A DNA stretch of 64,000 bases from Octopus sinensis (lineage: Eukaryota). Of this stretch, positions 12,051-24,697 are shown in pieces. The translations under genes and the position numbers were made by a program. The DNA is taken from positions 67,022,001-67,086,000 of the forward strand of contig NC_043010.1 of assembly GCF_006345805.1 (NCBI RefSeq), in the 5' to 3' direction. Under the pieces are notes generated by a model. It made no database searches and was not told the DNA's origin. It saw only the letters and a list, made by a program, of their open reading frames with translations. The first letter of the stretch is position 1, and each line of letters starts with the position of its first letter.

Positions 12051-13038
12051 TAACAGTCAAAACCTTTAGCACTGACTTACACCAGCTGAAACGAGAACTT
12101 TCCAGCCACAGGTGGAAAACTGAAATACAAACGTAATTCTTACAAAGACCAAAATGCTGAAAGAGACAGTTTGCCAGAGATTTCTAAATCTGTCTCTATT
12201 TTGGTTCCAACGTAAACAACTTGGCCTCTGTATTAGATACCACATCAGAAAAACAAGTTGAAAGATACTGGAAATCTATAAGAAGAAACGGTAAGGGTTA
12301 ACAAGGAAACGATCTATTTTCTTTTATCTTTTACTCGTTTCAGTCACTGGACTCTGGCCATGTTGGAGCACCACCTAGAAAGCTTTTAGGAAAAAACAAT
12401 TGACTGCAGTTCAGTACTTATGTTAATTTTGATTTTTTTTTTGTTTGTATTGTGGTTTTTGTTGCTGTTTTTTTTAAAATTCTGATTCTTATTGTATTTG
12501 GGTCTGTCTGTTGCCAAACCACTAAGTTACTTGGATGTAAACAAACCAACACAAGGCATTGGGCAGTTGGAGGAGAGAGAAACACAAATACACACACATA
12601 CACACACACGCATGCACACACACACACATACACACACACACACATACATATATACAGGAGGAGACACGTGGAATGAGGAGTCGCTGAAGAGGTCACAGGA
12701 TGTGCGTCAAAAAATTTTCGAAGGACAATAACAAGAATGAGAACAATAATAAATCTGAAGTGAAGAATGAATATTTAGCAAAAACAAAAGACAAAAAAAT
12801 CAACCATCACAAACTATAACAATATATATAAATATATATACATACATACATACATATATATATATACATTATATATATATATAGAATATGAAAGGGTTTA
12901 GTTCACTTTGATCTAAATGAATAAGTGCTATAGTTGGTCATCTGTTCCAAGTTCACGGCTGAGACTGGATCTGGGGATCTGTACTAAGGTTCTGTTATAG
13001 CAGATATATATCATATTATTATATTTGAGGAAAAATAC

Positions 13039-13160
13039 AACCAAGGCAGAATGAATATCTCAAGTCATTTAGAATAATTTAATTAGGTAAGGTGAATTCA
13101 CTTTACTCTATTTAAATTAAATTATTCTAAATGACTTGAGATATTCATTCTGCCATGGTT
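13039..13160. repeat. Inverted repeat with ~46-bp arms
   Basis: aaccaaggcagaatgaatatctcaagtcatttagaataatttaatt versus its near-perfect reverse complement ending tctgccatggtt. Confidence 0.85.
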
Positions 13161-13192
13161 CTGCTTTTTCCTGCTATAATACATACAGGCAT

Positions 13193-13603
13193 AGGAGTGG
13201 CCGTGTGGTAAGTAGCTTGCTTACCAACCACACGGTTCCAGGTTCAGTCCAACTGTGTGGCACCTTGAGCAAGTGCCTTCTACTATAGCCTCAGGAGAAC
13301 CAAAACCTTGTAGGTGGATTTGGTAGACGGAAACTGAAAGAAGCCCGTTGTATATATGTATATATATATGTATATATATGTGTATGTTTGTGTCTGTGTT
13401 TGTCCCCCCAACATTGCTTGACAACCGATGCTGGTGTGTTTATGTCCCTGTAACTTAGCGGTTCAGCAAAAGAGACCAATAGAATAAGCACTAGGCTTAC
13501 AAAGAATAAGTCCTGGGGTCGATTTGCTTGACTAAAGGCAGTGCTCCAGCATGGCCAGTCAAATGACTGAAACAAGTAAAAGAGTAAAATGCGAGTAAAA
13601 GAG
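13193..13603 (+). mobile_element. CORE-like SINE family B, full length
   Basis: aggagtggccgtgtggtaagtagc...caaatgactgaaacaagtaaaagag. Confidence 0.9.
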
Positions 13604-13640
13604 AGAGAGACACAAACACACACACACACATATACATATA

Positions 13641-14314
13641 TACAAGGTGCAATGGGTAAATTGTCGCCATATTATATTCTTAATTTTATGCATGCACATT
13701 ATTTGTTTTTGATTTTGTCGACTACTCAGTATAGTAGGGTCAGTTGGGCACTGTCTGTGAGAAAAACAGCACTATGACGCAATTCACTCTGCCAGAAATT
13801 TGGAAACAACATGCTGTGCTGCTTGGCATTTGCACCAAAAGCTCCAATACGAACATTTCAGAGAGTTTGGGTGTCAATCTGAGGACAGTGTAGAGGATTT
13901 GGAAAGAAGTGGATGAGTCTCACTCTGATTGTTCTGATAAGAATTCCTGGATTTGTTGGTGAGATCCAGGCCATGATTGGCAACGAACCTTCCAAGTCAA
14001 TCAGGGACATGGGAGGGTCTGAGTTTCTTATCATGCAGGTAGTGCATGAAGACATTTGATATTCCTCATACAAGACAAAAAAGGGTCAATTTTTATCCCA
14101 AGCCATCAAGGACAAGAGGAAAGACCATGCTACAAAGCTTTTGAAGAAACTCAAGCATCCCTTCCAACCGAACATGCTTTGGTTTTTTTCTCCAGATGAG
14201 AAGAATTTCTGCCAGGATCAGATGGTGAACACACAGAACAACCATTGGCTTGTCGTGTCCCCAAAACATGTACCAAGAGTGATAAAAATCAAACATCCAG
14301 TCAACATCACGGTG
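13641..14314 (+). pseudogene. Tc1/mariner superfamily (maT/DD37D-like) element, 5' part with decayed transposase
   Basis: TA-caaggtgc start; MTQFTLPEIWK...LGVNLRTV...KHPFQPNMLWF/SDEKNFCQDQMVNTQNNHW...KHPVNITV (first catalytic D motif). Confidence 0.7.
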
Positions 14315-15086
14315 TAGTATGTCTCTGTTCATCTTTCTACAGAGTGTGAAGGTGCATGGCTCAGTGGTCAGGGATATTAGGCCCATGATCATAAAGTCAT
14401 GAGTATGATTCCCCGTGGTACTCAACTTCACCCTGCTGCAGTTCACTCAGCTGGCAAAAATTAGCTGTGTCTGTAATTCAAAGGGGCTAGCCTTGTCACA
14501 TTCTGTGTGAGGCTGAATCTCCCTGGGAACTACTTTATGGTATGCATGTCTGTGGAGTACTCAGCCACTTGCATTTTAATTTTGCGAGCAGACTGTTCTA
14601 TTGATCAGATAAACATTAACCTCATCATTATAACCGATGGAGTGCCATTTTTTAAAAAGCATGAAAGGAAAGGAAATGTTCCATATCGTAAGGCAAAATG
14701 TCATGTGTTTAGTATAAGCAGTGAAAGCCAAGACGAAATAATTGCTATTCTGTCGTGCATTTGCCCTCGACTAACGCTCAGTTTGATAACAACAGCCTGT
14801 GCATCGGTGTTCATCTGGAGGCCTGGCCTCCAGATCTGTGAGACCCACAAATTCTGCTGTTAGGACCGGATTAACACCCATAGTGATCCTAATGGCTAAA
14901 AAGATTTTCTTGCCCCTGTATGGAATCTTATTTCATTTTCTTCCAGTCACTTGAAGGTTTATCTTGCTCCAGTTCACTCAGCTGGCCAAAATGAGTTGTA
15001 GCAGTAATACAAAGGGGCCAGCCTTGTCATATTCTATGTGAGGCTGAATCTTCCTGAGAATTACGTTAATGATATGCATGTCTATG

Positions 15087-15314
15087 AGGCGGTGAGCTGG
15101 CAGACCTGTTAGCATGCCAGGTGAAATGCGTAGCCGTATTCCGTCTGCCGTTACGTTCTGAGTTCAAATTCCTCCGAGGTCGACTTTGCCTTTCGTCCTT
15201 TCGGGGTCGATAAATTAAGTACCAGTTACGCACTGGGTCGATATAATCAACTTAATCCGTTTTGTCTGTCCTTGTTTGTCCCCTCTGTGTTTAGCCCCTT
15301 TTGGATAATAAAGA
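15087..15314 (+). mobile_element. tRNA-derived SINE family D monomer
   Basis: gcggtgagctggcagacc...gagttcaaattcc...gaggtcgactttgcctttc...tttagccccttttggataataaagaaa. Confidence 0.85.
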
Positions 15315-15884
15315 AACAGATATGCATGTCTGTGATGTCATAATGTCAGAACTCGCATCATTTTGCAACACAGAATCTTATCTTATTTCAATGAGAATTT
15401 CATTAACTGATTTTCGCTAACGAACACAAACAGACCATCTGCTGTCTCCATGAATTCTGGATGCTGTTTTGTTATTCTTCCACAATAGATACATCTTCAC
15501 AAGTAGAACCAGCTGGGATTTTACCCAACAGTTGTAACAAATTATTTACTTTGGCTTGTCTGACCCTACAACAGCTGAAGTGAAATTTATACAACAATTT
15601 GGCTACTTAGACAAATGAGAGAAAGAAGTTAATTTATAGGAGTGCTTTAACAAAAAGGAGTCAACAATGTTTGCAAACAAACCACTCAAGAAGGTTAATC
15701 TTTTATAGATATTTACGTGTTATGTACATAATTTTTTCTCTTCTGTCTGGTCTTGTCTAAACACAAAAACAGATATTTGTGTTAGTTTGTTAGATTAAAC
15801 GTATTCGGTTGTTTATTTATTACTGCCTGGGTTCCATACATCAATGTATTCGGTAATGATCTTTGCTATTTTGTTTTTTTTTTA

Positions 15885-16242
15885 ATTTTATTTGTTTCAG
15901 TTACTAGACTGTTGCCATGCTGGAGCACTGACTTGGAGAATCAAATGAATCAACCCCTCTACTTGTTTTTTTTTTATTTTATTTGTTTCAGTTACTAGAC
16001 TGTTGCCATGCTGGAGCACTGACTTGGAGAATCAAATGAATCAACCCCTCTACTTGTTTTTTTTTTATTTTGGTTTTTATTTTAAGCCTGTTATTTATTT
16101 CATTGTTTTTTTTTTGCTGAGCTGCTTAAGTTACAGGGACATAAACACACCCACACCGGTTGTCAAGAGGTGGTTGGGAACAAACACAGACACACATAGA
16201 TATATACACACACGTATATTCAAACGCACACACACACACAAA

Positions 16243-16273
<31 letters not shown>

Positions 16274-16860
16274 TACAACATGCTTCTTTCAGTTTCCATC
16301 TACCAAATACGATCGCAAGTCTTTGATCGGCCTGAGGCTATAGCAGATGACACTTGCCTGAGGTACCATACAGTGGGACTGAACCTGAAAACATGAGATT
16401 GGGAAACAAGTTTCTTATTTCTTTATTGCCCACAAGGGGCTAAACATAGAAGGGACAAACAAAGACAGACAAAGGGATTAAGTCGATTACATCAACCCCA
16501 GTGGGCAACTGGTACTTGATTTATCGACCCCGAAAGGATAAAAGGCAAAGTCGACCTTGGTGGAATTTGAACTGAGAACGTAGCGGCAGACGAAATACCT
16601 GTTTCTTTACTACCCATAAGGGGCTAAACACAGAGAGGACAAACAAGGACAGACAAATGGATTAAGTCGATTATATTGACTCCAGTGCGTAACTGGTACT
16701 TATTTAATCGACCCCGAAAGGATGAAAGGCAAAATCGACCTCGGTGGAATTTGAACTCAGAACGTAACGACAAATGAAAAACCGCTAAGCATTTTGCCCA
16801 GTGTGCTAATGATTCTACCAGCTCACTGTTGGGAAACAAGTTTCTTACCACACAGCTACA
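15885..16860 (-). mobile_element. SINE family B with an 87-bp tail duplication, interrupted by a family D dimer
   Basis: head resumes at 16831-16860 after the insert. Confidence 0.8.
16418..16828 (-). mobile_element. SINE family D dimer (one head, two ~180-bp bodies) with a 19-bp TSD
   Basis: ttgggaaacaagtttctta at 16399-16417 and 16829-16847. Confidence 0.85.
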
Positions 16861-16897
16861 TCTATACCTGTTTACATTCCGTGACAATTTCTGCATG

Positions 16898-17351
16898 TAT
16901 TGGGTCATCCCATAAATAATGTGGTTTTTTTCAACTGCATGAACTAAAAGTCAAAGGGGGACAGGATAAACTACCTACATCAACTTGCTATAAAAGCAGG
17001 TAGTAATTTTTCCTTGTACTTATTCTTAGTGCAAGTTTTGAAGAGTGCAGTTCGATTTTAACAGTTATTTTTTTCAAAGTTATAATGGAAGTGACAAAGG
17101 AGCATATTTGGCATATTTTGCTTTCTGAGTTCAATAAAGGTAATGACACAGTAGAAAGTGCAAGGAATATTAATGCAGTGTATAGGGATTGGACAATAAG
17201 TGTAAACCAGTCTCAGCAGTGGTTCCAGGAATTCCGAGCCGGAAACTACAGCCTAGAAAACAAACCTCATCCTGGGAGATCTGAAGAGCTTAACAAGGAT
17301 TTCCTGCAAACCCTGGTGATACAAAATCCCATCATAACTGTTGAGAACTAG
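16898..17351 (+). pseudogene. mariner element, 5' TIR and N-terminal HTH region
   Basis: TA-ttgggtcatccc terminus; MEVTKEHIWHILLSEFNKG...WFQEFRAGNYSLENKPHPGR. Confidence 0.8.
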
Positions 17352-18366
17352 AAACATAAAAATCTAGAGTTCTGGAGCTAATGAACTCTTTGAATGCACT
17401 TTCAGCATCAGTTTGATTTTTTAACTCCTTCTCTCACAGGAAGCCATCAAGATGCTTGAAAAAGTGATAGCCGGTAGGAGTAAAGTCTGGGGAATAAGCT
17501 GGGTGGAGAAGAACTTTGTAGCCAAATTCCTTCAACTTGTGGGGCATCATTAGTGAAACAGGTGGTCCTCTTCTGTTGACCAGTCTGGGATGGAAGAGTA
17601 GCAGTTTTTCGTTCATTTTGACAATTTCATGGCAATATGTTTCTGCAATAAGGGTTTTTCCAAGTTTTAAGAAGTTATAATGGATTAGTTCAGCAGTACA
17701 CCACCAAACAATCACCATAACCTTCTTTTTGAAGAGCTCAGGTTTAGAGAAGGTTTTCAATGCTTCATTTTGGTCCTACAAATGTGAATAGCATTTTTTA
17801 TTATTAGCATAATCCACTTTTCATCGCAAGTTACAATACAGTCGAGAAATGGAACGGTCTGGTTATGGAGAAGTGACAAGCAAATTTCGTATCTGCACAT
17901 TTTCAGATTTTCATTCAAATTGAGTAGTACCCATTTGTTGAGCTTTTATCGATTTTCCAATCACATGCAAATGGTTGCAGGCAGTTTTCAGGCTAACTTA
18001 AAGCTCTTTTGCCAGTTCTCAAGTGGGTTTACGTGGATCTTTCTCAATGACAATTTTTAATTGACCGTCATCAACGATAGATGAGCATCCACTATGCTCA
18101 TGATCTTCAAGGCTCTGGTCTCCACTGCAAAATCATTTAAACCATTTTTGAGCTGACCACTCACTGGTCATTTCCTCACCAAATGTTTTGTTGATATCGC
18201 AAGCAGTTTCAGCTACTTAACATCCTTTTTTGAAGTTGTATAGCAAAATTCCTTTGACAGTTCCATTTCACAGTTGAATGGACTAATCACCCATGCAAAG
18301 GACTTTTTCAAATTGATTACAAAGGCACTGATAGTTGACAAAACTTGTATTAATTTACCAACCGAA
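17352..18366 (-). pseudogene. Near full-length decayed mariner (DD34D, Hsmar1-like) transposase
   Basis: ILLYNFKKG...FLDCIVTCDEKW...KKVMVIVWW...HPAYSPDFTPTGYHFFKHLDGFL; degenerate TIR near 18340-18366. Confidence 0.85.
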
Positions 18367-18389
18367 GGTTTCCGGAGTCAAAGGTTTTT

Positions 18390-19085
18390 TATGATGCCAA
18401 ATAGTCAAAGCCCTTGGGAAGCTGGTTGGCTGATACTGCTTTCGACAAAGGATTCTACGAGGTTTGGTGCGTGGAATGTTTGAACAATGTTTCCTGCTGG
18501 AAAGTGTGAAAATATTAGCAAAGAAATGGACAATTACAAATTGGAAATTTTGGGTTTGTGTGAAACTAGGTGGACTGATAATGGACAAACTAAGCTAGCC
18601 TCATCATCATCATCATCATCATCATCATTGTTTAACGTCCGCTTTCCATGCTAGCATGGGTTGGACGATTTTGACTGAGGGCTGGCGAACCAGATGGCTG
18701 CACCAGGCTCCAATATTGATCTGACAGAGTTTCTACAGCTGGATGCCCTTCCTAACGCCAACCACTCCGAGAGTGTAGTGGGTGCTTTCTATGTGCCACC
18801 GGCACGGGGGCCAGTCAGGCGGTACTGGCAACAACCTTGCTCGAATCTTTTACACATGTCACTAGCACAGGTGCCAGTAAAGTGATGCTGGTAACGATCA
18901 CGCTCGAATGGTGTCTTTTACGTGCCACCAGCACAGGTGCCAGTAAGGCAACGTTGGTAGGAAAAACAATTATATACTCAGGGCACAAAGATGACAAGGC
19001 GCGTCACACAAGGGGAGTAGCTCTGATGCTGACTAAGAAAGCAGATAAAGCATTAATAGAATGGCTACCCATTTCACAACGGTGA
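18390..19085 (+). pseudogene. RTE-clade LINE 5' end (APE endonuclease), split by a SINE
   Basis: RFGAWNV*TM...LEILGLCETRWTDNGQTKLAS | GKTIIYSGH...RGVALML...EWLPISQR joins in frame across the insertion. Confidence 0.8.
18600..18958 (-). mobile_element. SINE family A
   Basis: (CAT)n tail and diagnostic core sequence. Confidence 0.85.
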
Positions 19086-19739
19086 AGAAAATACCAATGT
19101 TAATTTATTGATGCATTTGAGCAAGTCTATGTCTGTATTATCAGACTATTGCTAAAAAACGTTTAAAAAAAAAATTCAAAACTCTGCATGTATGTATATG
19201 CATGTGTGTGTGAATATATACACGCATGTGTGTGTATGTGTGTGTGTGTGAGTGTGTGTGTAATATGTAATTATATATGACAAGCACAACAGCAATCTGA
19301 GTCAAATGTTACAAGCTCCTAACCTCTGAGAAATCAGCATTTAATCCTCCTGAGGGAACACCAAAATACACGCATGCATGCACGTACACACACACACACA
19401 CACATGAATGCGTGCACATATACCTATATAAACTGAAGAGTTTTATGTAAAGGCTGGCACAGGCTGGCATGGCAAGTAACGTTTGGCACCGTCCCAAAGA
19501 CACAATAGATTAGACATAAGGTAGATTAGTTGAAAACCAGACATTTGCTAACATATTTGAGCAGCAGAGCATGAATCAGAGGTTTTATGGATGAGTGAGT
19601 TTTATTGTAGTGACCATTGTAAGTTTTGCCTCTTCCCCACACCATACTCTTTCTCTCTCTCCCTTTTTCTCACTGTCTCTCTTTCCCTCCCTCTTTCTCT
19701 CTCTCTTTCTCACTATCTCTTTTTCCTCTCTCTCTCACA

Positions 19740-20340
<601 letters not shown>

Positions 20341-21021
20341 TATACCAATGGATGTATCTTTTATCTCTTACTTGTTTCAGTCATTAGACTGCACCCATGA
20401 CTGATGAGGCACTACTTTGAAAGGTTTCAATCATCAATCATCTCTCGACGTGATTGACCAATCAATCTCAACCAGCCGCAATTTACAGAACAGGGTGTAC
20501 CATTCATCCTTTTGATCACTGAATGCAAAACGTGACTTGTGACCCCACCCCTACCCCGTCCGGGTGATTTTCCTGTCTCACTGTCCCACCCTTGTATGCC
20601 AATCCATCACAAAGTAACCCATTTACAGCCGAGTGGACTGGGGCTCCATGAAATGAAGTGCTTTGCTCACGAACGCAATGCACCATGCAATCTGGTGATT
20701 GAAACTGCAACCTCGCAACTGGAGTGTGACGTCCTCACCATTAGGCTACCGACCTACGCTGGAGGGTTTAATCCAATATTAGCTAAATACTATATTATAT
20801 ATAGTACATGTACTATATTATACATAGTGCATATATAGTATGTATACTGGAAGTGCAAAGAATTCAAATTTGATGGCAAAGAATCCAAACTAGATCGAAA
20901 ACATCTATATATATTGCTGTCAATGTCAACATCATCATCATCCTTGTTCTACACACTCTCATTATTGCCATCATCATCATCATCATCATCGTCGTCGTCG
21001 TCGTCATCATTGTCATCGTCG

Positions 21022-21053
<32 letters not shown>

Positions 21054-21089
21054 GTCATCGTCATCATCAGCATCAGCATAGTCATCAGG

Positions 21090-21360
21090 TTTTTCCTTGC
21101 ATGATTTGGGCAAGTCTTTTCCAAAATGCCACCTCACAACTTGTTGTGGTCTCTTGTCACCTCCTGCATATCTGGTTCAGTGTCTTGATATCAGCTTCCA
21201 CCCCTTTTGCTCATGTCTTCCCTTGTCTTCCCTTTTCTGCATGTTCTTTCCAGTTCCTTACCCAAATGTCGCCCTCCATATGCATCACATGTCTGTATGA
21301 ATGCCATCTTCTCTTCCGTGCTGCATCCTACATGAGGGGCACTCTTGTGGTCAATGCATG
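21090..21360 (-). pseudogene. RTE LINE 3' remnant followed by a (GAT)n tract
   Basis: RKRRWHSYRHVMHM...GRQGKT*AKGVEADIKTL resembles RLRWxGHV...GRPRKTW. Confidence 0.6.
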
Positions 21361-21465
21361 AGGGCCAAAGAATTTTACTTTTTCCCTTTTTTTCCATTTC
21401 TCTTTTACGATTTTGATAAAAAGTGGAGAAAGCAAATCCCTTAGACAACCCTTGTGGTAACTAGC

Positions 21466-21945
21466 TTAATCCTTTCGTTACTGTATTTATTTTGAGATGC
21501 TCTGTGTTTCTTTCAATTAATTTTAAATATAAGAAAGAATTTAGTAAAATAACTTAGTTATCATTAAGTTAGTGTTAGGAACATAAGTTGTGATTAAGGT
21601 TTGGTGGAAGATTTTAATTCAAAACTTATGAAAACAAGACATTTGTACTCAGAGCCAGAGGTGATATCAGCCAGGTTGGTATTAAAAGGGTTAAGAATTG
21701 TTTCTCTATTGTATATTTTAACCCTTTCATTACTGTATTTATTTTGAGATGCTCTGTGTTTCTTTCAATTACTTTAAATATAACAAAGAATTTAGTAAAA
21801 TAACTTAGTTATCATTAAGCTAGTGTTAGGAACATAAATTGTGACTAAGGTTTGGTGGGAGATTTTAATTCAAAACTTATGAAAACAAGACATTTGTACT
21901 CAGAGCTAGACCCAGTTTCAGCCGAGTTGGTATCAAAAGGGTTAA
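21466..21945 (+). mobile_element. Tandem dimer of a ~225-bp piggyBac-type MITE
   Basis: two TTAA-ccctttc...aaaggg-TTAA units (21466-21694, 21718-21945) separated by a 23-nt spacer. Confidence 0.85.
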
Positions 21946-22043
21946 AGCAGAAATGGCTTGTGTGGGGTTGCCTAAAGCCTTATAGGTGGATTCTGCGGAA
22001 GGAAGCTGAAAGAAGCCACTTGTGTGTGTATGTATGTATATAT

Positions 22044-22097
<54 letters not shown>

Positions 22098-22324
22098 AAA
22101 CGATAAACGTCGCCCTTTTCAAGCCTAGCCAGGCTCATGGGCCCGGTTTCCCGATTCCTGTGGCGTATGTGTTCCCCACCAGCTGGATGGGACGCCAGTC
22201 CATTGCAGTGTTACTCAAGAAACAGGAAGAGAGAATGAGAGAAAGTTGTGGTGAAAGAGTAAAACAGGGGTTGGAGCCTCGATGTATTTTCAAAATTCTA
22301 GTCGTTCTATTGAAAGGTTTGTCA

Positions 22325-22860
22325 ATAGAAAGTGCACTAAATGTAAAAAAAAAACCCTCTTTCCATCAAGAAAGGTACATTTACAGAAAACTTTAAGCTG
22401 CCATTATATGTAATTTTTCATTTAGAGTTTTATTTTATTTTCGAATTTCCTGTGACGATATCTGCAAGTATGAATTGCATTGATATAAAAACCGCTGTTC
22501 AGTGGTTCCAGTTCTGTAGAGATGTTTGTTCGGCAAAACTGCTACAAAACTCCCATTGGTGGTCCAGATCATATAGTGGAGTTTGATGAAAGCTTGTTCT
22601 TCAATAGCAAGAACAATGTAGGAATAATGTGTCGCAAAACGTGGGTTGTTGGAGGTTACGACACCACAGCCAGAAAAGGATTTCTTCGTGTACCCGATAG
22701 GAGTACAGAGACGTTGGAGAATGTTATCAGACAAAACGGTCTTCCAGGAACTACTGTTATGACTGACAATTTGGTAAGCTTTTGTAATCTCCACATACTA
22801 GGTTATATTCATCATACGGCAAATGATTCCCCAAATTTCATAGATTGGTCACTGGGGTAT
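22325..22860 (+). pseudogene. Merlin/IS1595 (ISXO2-like) transposase fragment A
   Basis: KCTKC..SIKKGTF...TAVQWFQFCRDVC / IGGPDHIVEFDESLF...WVVGG...DRSTETL...PGTTVMTD...GYIHHTANDSPNF. Confidence 0.85.
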
Positions 22861-23022
22861 ATACAAATATATATATACTTTGGGATATATATATATATAT
22901 TTTGGTCTTATTTTTACATGATCACACTATATCGAGAGCGGAGATTCCGAATCTGCAAAAAAAGATAAATCTGCATCTCAAAATTTATATTGCACAGAAC
23001 AAAAAAAAAAAAAAAATTTTTT

Positions 23023-23424
23023 ATGACAAAACACACCTTTATTCACTCACTCTCTACTCCCTCTCTTTCCACACGAAATCGAAGAGTACTTGTTACCCGC
23101 TTAAAATTTCGGCGCGAAAAATTGCTAAAGGACAAAACTATTTTGCAGCTTAGGTCTTATATATCCTGGGATCTATATATCCACTAATTTTAGTAGGTAT
23201 GTAAAAGATATTGTTTTAATACACTTTGACTTGTTTCACACAAACACTAACATTTTTTTTTGTCCAGATATCGTTACCACTTCGTTTATTATTGTTTTCA
23301 AAGTTCTTTCATTTTCAATCTAATGTAATCCACATTCTATAAAACGTATTTCTGCAAAATGTCATCTTAAAATATGTGTAAAGAAAGGGGGCTGATGCTG
23401 TTTCGCACCTCACCTTCAAAGGTG
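23023..23424 (+). repeat. ~400-bp direct repeat, copy 1
   Basis: high identity to 24698-25108; ends gggggctgatgctgtttcgcacct plus hairpin cacctt-ca-aaggtg. Confidence 0.9.
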
Positions 23425-23609
23425 TCTGTATATATAATATATATACGAGCAGCTAAGCCCCGTTTCACCCGGTCCGTTTGGATGATGTGGCTGTGATCGT
23501 TTTCGGTGAAGCATAATCTATAACAGCGTTTCTCAATCTTATCATTTCGGGTCCCCTGTTTCGATTGGAGCCTGCAGCTGTATGAAAATTTCCAACCCCA
23601 CCCCTTGTC

Positions 23610-24390
23610 AGAAAACAGCCTTTTGGTGAACTGGAACGCCTGACGAAGAGATCATTTATGGTCCCACTTTTGGCCGAATGTGGCGAGCGCATAAGAAGGG
23701 ATGCTGACACCCTCATTCCTATCATTGACGCTACGTCAGGCCGGGATCAATAATCTATAGTGAGTGTTGGCGTGCGTATAATAACTTGAGCAGTATGGGC
23801 TATACACACTAACACTCTGAACACTTTGTGGATCCCTATAACCCAGCTATTCGCACTCAGAATATTGAGCTTTTATGAGGAAGCCTGAAACAATGCATTG
23901 TTCGTACTGGAATAAGACCGAAGTATCTCAAACAGTATGTCGCTAGGCCCAGTGGTTAGGGCAGCGGACTCGCGGTCGTAGGATCGCGGTTTTTCGATTC
24001 CCAGACCGGCCGTTGTGAGTGTTTATTGAGCGAAAACACCTAAAGCTCCACGAGGCTCCGGCAGGGATGGTGGTGATCCCTGCTGTACTCTTTCACCACA
24101 ACTTTCTCTCACTCTTACTTCCTGTTTCTGTTGTACAGAAAGGGCCGGCCTTGTCACGCTGAATATCCTCGAGAACTACGTTAAGGGTGCACGTGTCTGT
24201 GGAGTGCTCAGCCACTTACACGTTAATTTCACGAGCAGGCTGTTCCGTTGATCGGATCAACCGAAACCCTCGTCGTCGTAACCGACGGAGTGCTTCCATC
24301 CATGTCGCTAGGTTACATTTTATGCGGGCCAATTCACCGCCAACTCAGCGATTCCATAAGTTTCTTTTAGAAGCTGGAAAACTGTTCCTG
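23610..24390 (+). pseudogene. Merlin/IS1595-like transposase fragment B, interrupted by a SINE
   Basis: FGELERLTKRSFMVP...RRDADTLIPII / PGSIIYSECWRAYNNLSSMGYTH..HSEHFVDP...TQNIELL*GSLK...YLKQYV|ARLHFMR. Confidence 0.8.
23948..24301 (+). mobile_element. SINE family C with an 11-bp TSD
   Basis: atgtcgctagg at 23937-23947 and 24302-24312. Confidence 0.9.
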
Positions 24391-24697
24391 AGGACTTGGA
24401 AGAATTGGTTTTTGATGTTCAGTCACCCTTAACTTTCGTCTATCATGAAACACCATATTTATGAAACAATTTGGATACATTTTTACAAGTGCACCTCCAC
24501 GCATTTCATAAAAAAACCCTCGGATTTCTTGCGTGTAAATCACCTACCCTGGCCTCCTAATCTGCTGCAAACCCCTTATTTTTCTTCATTAAAAAGTGAT
24601 GGGGTAGGAAAATGGAACCCCACCTCTCCTGAAATTATTTGAAAATGTGCATAAATAGGATATATATTCTACAAGCCAAAAAAAAAAAATTACATAA

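Noticed and set aside
230-12136. Many YI/HTYI/MYVC/CV-rich ORFs (also throughout the rest of the window)
   Set aside because: Translations of microsatellites that lack stop codons; no domain content
14813-14835. 23-nt palindrome atctggaggcc-t-ggcctccagat
   Set aside because: Short and isolated; no supporting context
15330-15600. Unique-looking stretch with partial open frames on minus
   Set aside because: Stops in all frames, no recognisable motif, no paired splice sites
20400-20430. ctgatgaggcactactttgaaagg as a hammerhead
   Set aside because: No stem II or III; it is a mutated SINE tail (gctggggcaccaccttgaagg)
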